A stretch of DNA of 64,000 nucleotides from Cyanobacteria bacterium P01_D01_bin.156 (GCA_039024555.1 JBCCQQ010000003.1:140615-204614); one strand, 5' to 3'; shown: positions 42,506 through 53,133, numbered from the stretch's first letter. The notes: generated by a model not told the origin, from the letters alone. Numbers and translations: made by a program.

Positions 42506-43093
42506 ATGACCTACAGCACCCAGGAACTTATCGATATCCTCGATCAAGAACTCAAGGCCGCCTGGCGCGGAGAACGTCTATTACTCTCAACTGACGATCG
42601 TCTGGCCAATCCAGTCGTATCTAAAGCAATTGGTGCAGACAAATTAAGTAAAGTTTTTGCTTACAAGGACTTTCGCGACCAGATTCATCAGTACCAGCAC
42701 GACAATAATGTTTCAGGCCTAGTTTGGCATCCCTGTCGCTTCAGGGGACAGACTATTCACTTACCGGAAATTCATCCCGATCTGATTGCAATTCCAGCAG
42801 ACAAAGCAATCTTAGCAGCAGCCAAGGCAGACATTATCCAATTTTGGCGCAGCTCTGTTGATGGATTACGTCTTTGGCTAGCAGGACATGACCCAGTGGC
42901 AATAGATACTGAAACCGTTGAAAATTATATCCAAGAAGCAGAGTGGGCTGATGTTAGCGCCACCCGTACTGAGCTTTACTTGGGACTATGTTGGGGGAAC
43001 CCCAAAGAATGCTATTGCGGCTGGGCATACCCAGAATCAGGGTGCCATCGCATTATTGCAGCCGACAACGAACCCAGTGCAATTAAGGTGTAG
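42506..43093 (+). CDS. Conserved cyanobacterial hypothetical protein
   Basis: MTYSTQELIDILDQEL..G.R, DFRDQIHQYQ...VSGLVW; ATG 42506. Confidence 0.7.
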   Translation: MTYSTQELIDILDQELKAAWRGERLLLSTDDRLANPVVSKAIGADKLSKVFAYKDFRDQIHQYQHDNNVSGLVWHPCRFRGQTIHLPEIHPDLIAIPADKAILAAAKADIIQFWRSSVDGLRLWLAGHDPVAIDTETVENYIQEAEWADVSATRTELYLGLCWGNPKECYCGWAYPESGCHRIIAADNEPSAIKV

Positions 43094-43398
43094 TATACCT
43101 TCTTCTCCAAAGAGTTGTCATCTGAAAGCTAAGCATCAATACGTACAACTTCAGACAACAAGCGTTAACAACTCTACTCTTTGACAAGAATTACTGAGAT
43201 CTCATTTCCATCTGCGTTGTTTGTAACAATCATCAAATACCGTAAAAACACTCACAGTTTCCTCGTTTTTAAACTCGAAGCAAAGAGATTATAGCAATCT
43301 TGTTCTTGCCTGAGTTTAATCGCTAAGGTGGCAGTGTACCAGTAAGCGTATGGCAAACTCTCTAACCACCCAGAACAGCTTACAGAACGAGCACCATT

Positions 43399-44217
43399 AT
43401 GGAAATTGTTAAGCACTTGAACAAACTCAGCGGTATTGCTGTTGGAGCTGTAGCATTTACTTTAGGAATCATGGGTTCTGCCCATGCAGGTACTTTCGTA
43501 AATTTTGAAGATGCTCCTGCTTTAGGATTGAATGACAACCAAGCGATTACTAACCAATACTTAAACCTTGGGTTTAGTTTTGGCATAGATAATAATCTAG
43601 ACGGTGTCGCGGATGGGGGTATTGCCCCTGCCCTGGAGCAGAAAGGCAACGATGCAAAAGCAGGTTTTGTCAACGCTGGTTCAGGAAACGATATTGCAGA
43701 AGCTGGCTTTTTTGACGAAGCTAACGGTGTTACTTACGCAGATCGTCTGGGTAACTATTTCCTCAGAACTGGAGGTCTTGGCGGTAACGGCGGTAATTTA
43801 CTGATTTCCTACACTGAGGGTACATCTGCCGCTTCAGGTGAACTTTGGGACATTGATGGAAATCAAAACTTCTTCGGTGCTGGCTCCCACAGAACCGAAA
43901 AATGGGAAGTGCAAGCTCTCGATGCCAGTGGCTCGATTTTAGAAACACTCATGAGCCCTGAAGGAGATAAAGCCCATGGTCCTTTAGATGGCAAGCCTTG
44001 GCTGTGGTCATTTAATCGCGACGCAGCTGATGTGAAAGCTATTCGTTTTGTCTTCACAGGTGACAGTCCTGCCAAAAATGTAGGTCTGGCCTTTGACAAC
44101 TTCTCTGCATTTTCTGTGGAAGGAGAATCTGTTCCAGAACCTGCTTCTGCGGCCGGTCTAGTATTACTGGGCTTGTTCGGTAGCAGCTCACTATTAGCAA
44201 AGCGGAAGCAACAGTAA
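43399..44217 (+). CDS. PEP-CTERM surface protein
   Basis: Signal peptide (SAHA); C-terminal VPEPAS-hydrophobic-KRK. Confidence 0.9.
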   Translation: MEIVKHLNKLSGIAVGAVAFTLGIMGSAHAGTFVNFEDAPALGLNDNQAITNQYLNLGFSFGIDNNLDGVADGGIAPALEQKGNDAKAGFVNAGSGNDIAEAGFFDEANGVTYADRLGNYFLRTGGLGGNGGNLLISYTEGTSAASGELWDIDGNQNFFGAGSHRTEKWEVQALDASGSILETLMSPEGDKAHGPLDGKPWLWSFNRDAADVKAIRFVFTGDSPAKNVGLAFDNFSAFSVEGESVPEPASAAGLVLLGLFGSSSLLAKRKQQ

Positions 44218-44321
44218 GGGTAATTTACCCCACTGTTCTAAACTGTTGCGAAGATTTACATTATCACCAACATCCTCTTTAAAGATTCAAATTCAAGATT
44301 CATAAGAATACTACCTCTCAA

Positions 44322-44355
44322 AAATCAGCCTCTGCTATTCAGTAGAGGCTGATTT
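44322..44355 (+). terminator. Intrinsic terminator
   Basis: AAATCAGCCTCTGCT-ATTC-AGTAGAGGCTGATTT. Confidence 0.65.
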
Positions 44356-44738
44356 AACATTGCTGCTTAGAAAACATGAATTACGACTTATTCATCATTC
44401 TATGATGAAGATGGAGTATCCGTCATCACAAATGCACAGCCCCGCTTGTCCAATGCAAGCAAGAAACACTATCTCCAGAAGTAATAAAAATAGTATGATT
44501 ACCAGATTAACAGTTCTCCACACTGTCCATGGATGACTGTCATTGGGAACTGTCGCCCCATATCCCTTAATATCCGTAGTTAGTAACGCATTATCATCAC
44601 TAGCATTCATAGTCATCATGCTGGCATGTAAGCATGCTATAACAATCTGATTATCATTGCTTAAAGCGAGCATCGATAATGCCTCACCTATAGAGGTATC
44701 AGAGGTAGGATGACCTCTAATAGGATCATTAGAATATT

Positions 44739-44782
44739 ATAGTGGCCACAACATCGGGTAAAATAGTGGCCACAACATCGGG
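44739..44782. repeat. 20-bp direct repeat x2 (24-bp period)
   Basis: ATAGTGGCCACAACATCGGG at 44739 and 44763. Confidence 0.85.
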
Positions 44783-45195
44783 CAAAGCACAAGCAAGATG
44801 CACATAATCAGAGCAACGTCAGCCTCAATTGCTCTAATCGAAAAACAGATCGTGGCATCCTGTGAGTATATTTGTTTGACATGACAACTGTAAACCTACA
44901 GCTTAAAAATGCTCTATGCCAGGCTGCTTCACTTAATAGTAGAAAACATCAGAAGGGATTCATGGAACAGATAAAAGAACAATTAGCTACACAAGCCTGA
45001 AGTTTACCTGATTCGTGCTAGTCAAATTACATCTAGCTGAGCGTCATCATAAATATCTACATAGGATTGATGTAGATTCTATTATTGACATATCAAAAAT
45101 CTTGTAGAGTTTCCTGACAAAAATATATTCGATTAAAATTCGAATAAAGACCCTGGATGCTCAGAAAATATGCAAGTTTTTATCGACCATATATT

Positions 45196-45231
45196 TAAAC
45201 GGGCTCTTATTCTTTGCAAAGAGCCCGTTTA
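45196..45231 (-). terminator. Hairpin terminator of the second PEP-CTERM gene
   Basis: TAAACGGGCTCTT...AAGAGCCCGTTTA, 13-bp arms. Confidence 0.6.
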
Positions 45232-45299
45232 TAGGAATATTTAGAGTGTTGCCTAAGCTATCTGGTTCTCTGATTACCTCATTTAGCTTAGTAACAACT

Positions 45300-46010
45300 T
45301 TAGCGACGCTTAAGCACAGAAGTACTAATAAAGCCACCTACCGCTAACAGGCTGAGTAATGCAGTTGGCTCGGGAACATCTTTGGAAGAGATGGCACCAA
45401 TTGCATCAATATCCGCACCAGCCCAACCCTGTCCGTAGCCATTTTTGCCGTTATCTGTGACTTTTACATAGGAGAATGCATCATTGGATGTAAAGCCAAA
45501 TGAATCGAGGTCAATACCTGCATGTTGAGTGCCACCAATTTCACCTAAAGATACCCAGTTTTGGCCATCTTTACTGATTTCGACCAACATTCCTTCTACG
45601 AGACCGCCAGCTTCAAAAATCCATAGATCATCTTTATCGTCATTACTACCCACCAAGAAGTTATCAGTAAATTTGACTGTAATCGAACCACCCTTACCCA
45701 GAGAATAGTCATCTCTATCCGGAATAGCCATACCATGCCCTCTCCAAGAGGAATTAGCCACGCCTAAAACAGCATTAGGATTATCAAAAGCCTGGGCTGA
45801 TGCCCTCCAGTTCCTGGCGTAGGCCTCTTCTCTAGTCAAACCATTTGCATAGATCTTGTTATATTCAACAACCTCATCAGCAAAAGAAGCTTCACCTAAG
45901 GGAAAATCAATACCTCGAAAAGTAACTGCAGAAGCTGTCTGTGCCATAGCTACAGTTAGTCCGAGAGAACTAAAAACCGCAATAAGATATCCCTTGGATC
46001 GATTAAACAT
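45300..46010 (-). CDS. PEP-CTERM surface protein
   Basis: Signal peptide (TASA); SLGKGGSITVKFTDN..DLWIFE..GADIDAIGAIS beta-sandwich-like domain; VPEPT-hydrophobic-KRR. Confidence 0.9.
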   Translation of the reverse strand: MFNRSKGYLIAVFSSLGLTVAMAQTASAVTFRGIDFPLGEASFADEVVEYNKIYANGLTREEAYARNWRASAQAFDNPNAVLGVANSSWRGHGMAIPDRDDYSLGKGGSITVKFTDNFLVGSNDDKDDLWIFEAGGLVEGMLVEISKDGQNWVSLGEIGGTQHAGIDLDSFGFTSNDAFSYVKVTDNGKNGYGQGWAGADIDAIGAISSKDVPEPTALLSLLAVGGFISTSVLKRR

Positions 46011-46461
46011 TGGAAACTCCTTGATAACTGAAAGTTAGTGAAACCTTCACTGAATTATTTCTATTTATGCTCATAGGAACAACTTCCAGAATCTGGGAAA
46101 ACACATAAATGTATATAATAGCAATTAATTTTTATATGAATTAAAACAAGAAAAATCAAGACGATTAAGAGTTCGCCGAAGTCTTCTACATATCAAAAAG
46201 AACCTATCACAGGTCAAAATTTTGGGGAATACGATCACCTACAGTCTTGGTGTAAGATAAGACTCTGCCATAGAAAATATCTCTTCTCCAAGGCTCAAAA
46301 GAAGCTAAATTAAAAAATCTCTCACCTGAACTGATGATGATTTGTCATGAATCAAGCGCTTGAAACAATGGCACGCTTTACCAACCTTGTTTCAAAAATC
46401 ACAGTTTTACGAGGAAGTAGGTCTAGCCTTTAATAACTTCTCTGTATCACTGCGCTATGAG

Positions 46462-48192
46462 CTAACGTTTCAGCAAAGGTAACTTAACTGTTACTGTGGT
46501 ACCGTCCTGAACATCTGAGGCAATACTAAGTTCTCCTTGATGCGCTTTAATGAGCCGTTGAACAATCGCTAGCCCTAATCCATTACCAGTGGATTTAGTT
46601 GTAAAAAAAGGTGTGGTTATTTTTTGTAAGATGGATGGAGGTATAGGTGATCCACCATTTTTTATCTCCACAGTGAGAGAATCCGCTTTAGATGAGTGAG
46701 CAATCTCCCACAGGACTTCATCACCAGGCTTAACAGCCTCACAAGCATTCACAATCAGATTCACAAATACCTGCTTAAGCCTGTCAGAATCTGCCAGTAC
46801 AATGGTCGCAATGGGATTAGCACAGAACTGAATCTTTCGACTTGCAACTACTGGATTCATTTGCAGAGATTTTAAGAGATCGACACTCCATTTATTAAGC
46901 TCTAACGGCTGACAGTCAAGAGCCTGTGGGTTAGCAAAGAGAAGAATTTCATTTAGCAATCGCTGTAGACGCTCCGCTTCATTTAGGGCAATCTTTAAAC
47001 GAGACTGAAAGCGATTATCTAAATCTAATTTCTTAAAGCTCGTTAACCCCATCAAGATTGTAGTCAATGGATTACGAATCTCATAAACAATCATGGACGT
47101 TAATTCTCTTAACTCGGCTAGATGGGATATAGCCTGTTGAGCTTTAGATTTTGCTTCTTGATATTCGGCATCTAAGCGTTTTCTTTCGCTAATATCCCGT
47201 ACCATAGCTAAAATACAGGACTGTCCATCAAAATCAATGGGCACTGCCGAGATCTCAGTATATAGTTTATGTTTTGTTTTTGTAAGGCAGGTTAACTCAT
47301 CCGTCCAACCACAACCATTTTGAACAACAGTTTGAGAAAATGCTGCCAGTCGGGGCATTTCATCAGGGTAAATATGGGAAATCTTGATACAATTAAACAG
47401 TTCATGTTGTGAATAACCCAACAACTCAACAGCACGAGGATTCGCTTCTAAAATTTTGTCCTGTGACGGATCAATCACAAAAATTGCATCATTGGAGTCA
47501 TCAAAAATTGTTCTAAAGCGTTGTTCTAAAGCAGAGTGAGCGATTATTTCTACTTGTAACTTAGCTGAAACACGCTGTAGCTCAGAACGATATTGATCTA
47601 ATTTCTGGTTAAGCTGCTGATTAATAGCAACGAGCCTATCCTGCTCACCCTTGACGACCTGATCACCTAAGGATAGAGAAGGCTGTACATGATGACAAGA
47701 ACGTTCTAGTTCTATTGCCATTACTGCCTGCTGGGCTATCAAAGACAATACCTGCTGATCTGTTGTGTGAAAGGGTTCAATCGCAGGACGCAGAGCTAAT
47801 AAAGCACCACAGTAAGTATTTCGCGGGGTGTATAAGGGTATCCCACAATAAGCAACAGTTAAGCCCGTTTGCAACGTATAGGCTCCCAAGCCTGCAACTG
47901 TTTGAGTTGCGATATCTTCGGCTAGAGAACTCCAATAATGAGGATTCTCTGGCTCCCTGGGTTGTAGCTCGGAACTAACGATAAAATGATAGTCACCAGG
48001 GTGCTGGCACTGACCAAGCATGACCCGACTGGCTCCCAAACCGTGGCATAACCCTGAGACCAGTTCTTCTAAATAAGCATCTAAGTGTCCTAGCCTGTAG
48101 TGCAATGATGTTAAAGCTGACAACCATCGGGGCTGAAATGGCTGACTAAGCACACAGGCAGCTTTATAACGAGACTCGTTTATCGAACCCAT
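46462..48192 (-). CDS. GAF-PAS histidine kinase-like protein with H-box His replaced by Tyr
   Basis: GAF-like N-terminus, PAS (IFDDSNDAIFVID..VRDISERK), IVYEIRNPLT, NACEA, PFFTTK..GNGLGL. Confidence 0.87.
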   Translation of the reverse strand: MGSINESRYKAACVLSQPFQPRWLSALTSLHYRLGHLDAYLEELVSGLCHGLGASRVMLGQCQHPGDYHFIVSSELQPREPENPHYWSSLAEDIATQTVAGLGAYTLQTGLTVAYCGIPLYTPRNTYCGALLALRPAIEPFHTTDQQVLSLIAQQAVMAIELERSCHHVQPSLSLGDQVVKGEQDRLVAINQQLNQKLDQYRSELQRVSAKLQVEIIAHSALEQRFRTIFDDSNDAIFVIDPSQDKILEANPRAVELLGYSQHELFNCIKISHIYPDEMPRLAAFSQTVVQNGCGWTDELTCLTKTKHKLYTEISAVPIDFDGQSCILAMVRDISERKRLDAEYQEAKSKAQQAISHLAELRELTSMIVYEIRNPLTTILMGLTSFKKLDLDNRFQSRLKIALNEAERLQRLLNEILLFANPQALDCQPLELNKWSVDLLKSLQMNPVVASRKIQFCANPIATIVLADSDRLKQVFVNLIVNACEAVKPGDEVLWEIAHSSKADSLTVEIKNGGSPIPPSILQKITTPFFTTKSTGNGLGLAIVQRLIKAHQGELSIASDVQDGTTVTVKLPLLKR

Positions 48193-48346
48193 GAATACTT
48201 AACTGAGAAGTAACAGGATATTAGATGAGTCATTCCTGAGACTCCATGATTAGAATCATCTTCTTAAGAATTTTTAGTTCACGTGAACGTTCTTAAGGTT
48301 TTAGACATATTCTAGAAGAAGCTGTTCTGACAATTCGTATATCGCT

Positions 48347-48979
48347 TCACGATTGCTCTCTTGGCAGAAATATGATTCTACGCTGATAGCGTTGAATAAC
48401 TCCGTTATCTTGCAATTTTCGCAGAGAGCGAGAAACTACTTCTGGTGTAAGACATATTTGTGCTGCAATCTCTTTAATAGAACAGCGCAGAACAACCGTA
48501 GAGTCATCTTCAGATGTGAGCGTATGCAGATACGTTAGAACGCGATTGTAGGCTGAACGAATACACCGAAGCGTCATAACATTTTTGGTGATTTGGAGCT
48601 GTTCAGTTAATTGTTTGATAAACACCAAAGAAATTTTGGTTTCATGGTGCAACAACTTCAGAAATACATGGTTAGGAATTGCAATAATTTGAGACGGTTG
48701 GGTTGCGATCGCAGAACTTTGATAAATCGACTGGAACAAACTGTCCTCACCAAACCACATGCTAGGCTGCACAGTGTATTGATGGACCATTTGACCACTT
48801 TCTAAATATTGGACCAGCTGAACTTGGCCAGTTTGCACAGCAAAAATAGACTGAGCTTGTTCATCTGCATGGAAAATAATCTCTCCTGCTTTGTAGAACA
48901 GTAAACTTGGCCTTACATCAATTATCCCCTGCATCACGAGCGCATTAAGGGCCTCTAGATAGCTGTCCAATGGTTCCAT
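48347..48979 (-). CDS. Crp/Fnr family transcriptional regulator
   Basis: GEIIF...G.V.L cNMP-binding barrel, FGE, C-terminal HTH EIAAQICLTPEVVSRSL. Confidence 0.88.
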   Translation of the reverse strand: MEPLDSYLEALNALVMQGIIDVRPSLLFYKAGEIIFHADEQAQSIFAVQTGQVQLVQYLESGQMVHQYTVQPSMWFGEDSLFQSIYQSSAIATQPSQIIAIPNHVFLKLLHHETKISLVFIKQLTEQLQITKNVMTLRCIRSAYNRVLTYLHTLTSEDDSTVVLRCSIKEIAAQICLTPEVVSRSLRKLQDNGVIQRYQRRIIFLPREQS

Positions 48980-49140
48980 AAAGACACTCCTACAACGATG
49001 CTTGTAGATTAGGCATCGAATATAAGAGCACCCCTACACCTAGCTAAGGCCAAGCTCAATTAGGCTGAAGCCGCACTTAAAATTAGCAGTTAATAGATTC
49101 AGGATGGGTTCAATCTATTATCAGGAGCTTATACATACAC

Positions 49141-49175
49141 AAAAAATGAGGATGCTTAAAAGCACCCTCATTTTT
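49141..49175 (-). terminator. rbcLXS terminator
   Basis: AAAAATGAGGATGCTT-AA-AAGCACCCTCATTTTT hairpin with A/T runs. Confidence 0.7.
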
Positions 49176-49217
49176 CAAAAAATACTACCCCTGAAGCTGC
49201 GTCAGGAGCAATTATTC

Positions 49218-49562
49218 TTAGTAGCGATAACCGCTATTAGAACCAGGCTTGTGAACGATGAAGCTCAGGATTTGACACTGCTTCACGTTATCGAAACCAA
49301 CTACACGAATGTAGCAGTCAGGATACTCAGAACGACAAGCCTGTACTTCATCTAGAACTTCACGAGTACTCTTTGCATTGAACAAAGGCAGCTTCCACAT
49401 AGTCCAGTAGTAGGTCTTAGGATCAGAGTCCTCATTAAATTCAACAGCAGGGAAATAACCCTGCTCGAGAACATACTGGATCTGACGCTCGATTTGAGCA
49501 TCGCTTAAAGGAGGCAAGTATGACAGCGTTTCGTAACGACGCTCTTTGGGCAGAGTTTTCAT
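49218..49562 (-). CDS. rbcS: RuBisCO small subunit
   Basis: [29 protein letters not shown]. Confidence 0.98.
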   Translation of the reverse strand: MKTLPKERRYETLSYLPPLSDAQIERQIQYVLEQGYFPAVEFNEDSDPKTYYWTMWKLPLFNAKSTREVLDEVQACRSEYPDCYIRVVGFDNVKQCQILSFIVHKPGSNSGYRY

Positions 49563-49605
49563 AATCTACTCGTCGGTATTGGTTTACAACGGTTTGGTCA
49601 GACTT

Positions 49606-50001
49606 TTAGTCAGACTGAGAATCTCTATCGCCCGCATCAACTTTACGTTGCAGCTCTTCAGAACTCATTTGAGTAATTCGCTCCAAATGCCGCCTACGAT
49701 GTTCGATGTTTGCCTCTTGTAGACCTGTCATCACCATCTCCGGAAGAAACTCAGCAATCTCTTCAGCCAAATGTTGACGAACAGTCATAACCCTCAAGGC
49801 TAAATCTGCCTGCTCTTGCATTAGAGAAGCGATAAACACTTCACCATCCTGCAATTTCTCTCGGGTGGCAAACTCGTTGAACCAGTAGGACCGTGGCAAA
49901 TCGGTTTCCCTCAATTGCCCCATAATCACCCGAACCGCTTGATAGGTCAAATAGCTTGTAAGCGTTTTAGCCGTATCTTTGGCAATTCGCTTTAGATCCA
50001 T
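49606..50001 (-). CDS. rbcX: RuBisCO assembly chaperone RbcX
   Basis: MDLKRIAKDTAKTLTSYLTYQAVR; located between rbcL and rbcS; ATG 50001. Confidence 0.96.
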   Translation of the reverse strand: MDLKRIAKDTAKTLTSYLTYQAVRVIMGQLRETDLPRSYWFNEFATREKLQDGEVFIASLMQEQADLALRVMTVRQHLAEEIAEFLPEMVMTGLQEANIEHRRRHLERITQMSSEELQRKVDAGDRDSQSD

Positions 50002-50136
50002 AGGTAAGCTCAATGCATCAAGTGGATTAAAGCAGGTTCAAAAAGCTAATGCGGTAACCAGAACGGCAATTTTATATTGATAAAAGCATTGCTAAAAAAA
50101 CAGCACCCGAATCAACTGCCGCTCCAGTTAAAGGAA

Positions 50137-51567
50137 TTAGAGAGTATCAACAGTGTCGAACTCGAACTTGATTTCCTTCCAAAGTTCACAAGCTGCAGCC
50201 AGCTCAGGAGACCACTTGCAAGCCTCGCGAATGATATCGCCACCTTCGCGAGCCAGGTTACGACCTTCGTTACGAGCTTGAACACAAGCCTCAAGGGCAA
50301 CACGGTTTGCAGTTGCACCGGGAGCGTTACCCCAAGGGTGACCCAGAGTACCACCACCGAACTGAAGTACGGAATCGTCGCCAAAGATTTCAACCAGCGC
50401 AGGCATATGCCATACGTGAATACCACCAGAAGCTACAGCCATTACGCCACCCATAGCTGCCCAGTCCTGGGTGAAGTAAACCCCACGGGACTTGTCTTGC
50501 TCAACGTAATTCTCACGCAGTAGGTCAACAAAGCCCATAGTACCGGCACGGTCACCTTCAAGCTTTCCGACTACAGTACCAGTGTGAATATGGTCACCAC
50601 CGGACATACGCAAACACTTGGCTAGAACACGGAAGTGAATGCCATGGTTCTTCTGACGGTCGATTACCGCGTGCATTGCACGGTGAATGTGCAAGAGTAC
50701 ACCATTATCGCGGCACCAGTGGGACAGAGTGGTATTTGCCGTAAAACCACCAGTCAGGAAGTCGTGCATGATAATGGGCTGGTCGAGTTCTTTGGCGTAC
50801 TCGGCCCGCTTGATCATCTCTTCGCAAGTCGCAGCAGTCACATTTAGGTAGTGACCCTTGATTTCACCAGTCTCAGCCTGGGCTTTGGTAATAGCATCGG
50901 CACAGAACAAGAAACGATCACGCCAGCGCTGGAAAGGCTGAGAGTTAATGTTCTCGTCATCCTTAGTGAAGTCGAGACCACCACGCAAGCACTCATAAAC
51001 CGCACGGCCGTAGTTCTTAGCGGATAGACCGAGTTTAGGCTTAATAGTACAGCCCAGCATAGGACGACCGTACTTGTTTAATTTGTCACGCTCAACCTGA
51101 ATACCATGGGGAGGGCCCTGGAACGTCTTGAGGTAAGCAACTGGGATGCGCAAGTCTTCCAGACGTAGAGCACGCAGAGCCTTAAAGCCGAATACGTTAC
51201 CTACTAGAGAAGTTAGTAGGTTAGTAACGGAACCTTCTTCGAACAAATCGAGAGGGTAAGCAACGTAACAAATGTACTGGTTATCTTCGCCGGGTACGGG
51301 CTCAATATCATAGCAACGACCCTTATACCGATCCATGTCGGTCAGCAGGTCAGTCCATACGGTAGTCCATGTACCGGTAGAAGACTCTGCAGCTACCGCT
51401 GCTGCACACTCTTCAGGAGGAACCCCAGGCTGGGGGGTCATCCGGAATGCGGCCAGAATATCAGTATCCTTAGGCGTGTAGTCTGGCGTGTAATAGGTTA
51501 GCTTGTAATCCTTTACACCAGCGCTATAGCCAGCCTTCGACTGCGTCGACGTCTGAGAGTAAGACAT
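50137..51567 (-). CDS. rbcL: RuBisCO large subunit, form IB
   Basis: [41 protein letters not shown] 51567 after GGAG RBS gives 476 aa. Confidence 0.99.
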   Translation of the reverse strand: MSYSQTSTQSKAGYSAGVKDYKLTYYTPDYTPKDTDILAAFRMTPQPGVPPEECAAAVAAESSTGTWTTVWTDLLTDMDRYKGRCYDIEPVPGEDNQYICYVAYPLDLFEEGSVTNLLTSLVGNVFGFKALRALRLEDLRIPVAYLKTFQGPPHGIQVERDKLNKYGRPMLGCTIKPKLGLSAKNYGRAVYECLRGGLDFTKDDENINSQPFQRWRDRFLFCADAITKAQAETGEIKGHYLNVTAATCEEMIKRAEYAKELDQPIIMHDFLTGGFTANTTLSHWCRDNGVLLHIHRAMHAVIDRQKNHGIHFRVLAKCLRMSGGDHIHTGTVVGKLEGDRAGTMGFVDLLRENYVEQDKSRGVYFTQDWAAMGGVMAVASGGIHVWHMPALVEIFGDDSVLQFGGGTLGHPWGNAPGATANRVALEACVQARNEGRNLAREGGDIIREACKWSPELAAACELWKEIKFEFDTVDTL

Positions 51568-51805
51568 ATCTCCCTTCCTGTGAATCAAACTAGATGGCTT
51601 ACGAACTTTCGCCACCCAAGACGGACATCACAAACGCTGGTCCATCGCTTTGCTGAGGTGGCTAAGTCCAGATAATGGTGTCGAGCAGCAAAAACTGCTA
51701 GACAGCCAGATTGACTGTTCTCCTTATTTTTAGGCAGCTTACACTACCTAATTCTTTAAAGAATACTATCAGCGATCTGATAAGTAGCATGTTGGAAGTT
51801 CTGTA

Positions 51806-51834
51806 TAGATTCATAACTTTTATTTATGAATCTA
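51806..51834. promoter_or_regulatory. Candidate LysR (RbcR/CbbR-type) operator upstream of rbcL
   Basis: TAGATTCATAA-N7-TTATGAATCTA perfect 11-bp arms containing T-N11-A; candidate -10 TAGTAT on the minus strand at 51763-51768. Confidence 0.55.
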
Positions 51835-52086
51835 CGTTCCGGACTATTAAGTTTTGCCAAATGCGTCTATTTATACAGCGTGTAGAGATTTACTGAGGTC
51901 GCAAACTAGCGTTGATTCACTCTTGTCAGTCACTATTCCATAGATTTTGAGAAAGTCTTTTCTCTTCTAATAAAATTTTCAGATTTACTAAATTGACACA
52001 ACGACCTGGGCAAGTTATCAAAGCATCAAGTTGCCTGCATATGCCGCAGGAACAATCGACGAAGTGGACTATATGGAGACGTCACT

Positions 52087-53133
52087 GTGGTTTCTGTTAA
52101 GCAATTGATTCGGTGGACAGTAGGGGGAATCTTATTTTGGAGCGCTGTTTTACCGGTTTGCGCTCAAGATACGGCTCCTATCTATACGGACCCACCTCCA
52201 CGAGTGACACCGTTGCCTTCCGATCGCCCCTTTCAAAGAAATCCTTTGGCTACAGACTTTCAGATCGGGGCTTTGCAAGCAGACTACACTGGCAGCCTAT
52301 GGGTGGGATCACGGCAAGGATTGGCACGCATCAACCCAGCCACAGGGGTGATTCAAGCTCGCATTAATTTACCTAATGGTTTTATTGATGCAATGGCCCA
52401 GGACAGGGTAGGTAGGATTTGGCTGGGTACCTATAACGGACTGGTACGTGTAGACCCACGGATTAATCAGATTACGGCTCAAAACTTTCGCCTTCCCTCC
52501 AATCGCATTCTCGACATGGTGATTGATACTCGAGGCTTTCTATGGGCTGGCACCGACCAAGGGCTGGCACTCATTAGTCCTGATCAGGGCTTGTTGATGA
52601 CTACATTACAGGAGCTACCAGGCACCAGTGCCAATGCATTAAGTATCGATGGTGACGGGCAGCTTTGGGTGGGCACACTCACTGGGCTGGTTCGTGTAGA
52701 TACTGCTACCGCTTTTATTCTGGACCGAGTTTCGAATGTACCTGGCAGCTCTGTTCAAGCTATGGCGACAGGTCCTCAAGGACAACTCTGGGTGGGGACT
52801 TCTCAAGGTTTATTTGTCTTTGATGCACAAACAGGCTCGCTACTACGTTCAGTCACTCAAATGCGAGGGAAACGTTTAACATCTATTGCATTTGATAGCA
52901 ATCAGAGCCTTTGGGTGGGGACTGAAAATGGCTTATTTAAGCTCAACCCATACAACGGTGCCATTGTTAGCCGAGTCCCCAATTTGCCCTCCAGCCATAT
53001 TCTCTCCATAGAGACTAATGTCAGTGACAAACTCTGGGTAGGCACAACGGAGGGACTTGCTTGGGTGAGTCTAACAACAGGTCGAGCCAATCGGCATAAC
53101 GCTTTTGTTGGCCAAAATGCTGCAGCACAGTAA
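52087..53133 (+). CDS. Secreted beta-propeller protein (two-component regulator propeller repeats)
   Basis: Signal peptide (PVCA) then 7 repeats D..G.LWVGT..GL. Confidence 0.85.
   Translation: MVSVKQLIRWTVGGILFWSAVLPVCAQDTAPIYTDPPPRVTPLPSDRPFQRNPLATDFQIGALQADYTGSLWVGSRQGLARINPATGVIQARINLPNGFIDAMAQDRVGRIWLGTYNGLVRVDPRINQITAQNFRLPSNRILDMVIDTRGFLWAGTDQGLALISPDQGLLMTTLQELPGTSANALSIDGDGQLWVGTLTGLVRVDTATAFILDRVSNVPGSSVQAMATGPQGQLWVGTSQGLFVFDAQTGSLLRSVTQMRGKRLTSIAFDSNQSLWVGTENGLFKLNPYNGAIVSRVPNLPSSHILSIETNVSDKLWVGTTEGLAWVSLTTGRANRHNAFVGQNAAAQ

Noticed and set aside
44739..44782. Mini CRISPR array
   Set aside because: Only two 20-bp copies with a 4-bp gap and no cas genes; a simple tandem duplication
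50077..50523. Overlapping or antisense ORFs inside rbcL, metH, the WD40 repeats and other genes
   Set aside because: Shadow ORFs of well-supported genes with no recognisable motifs
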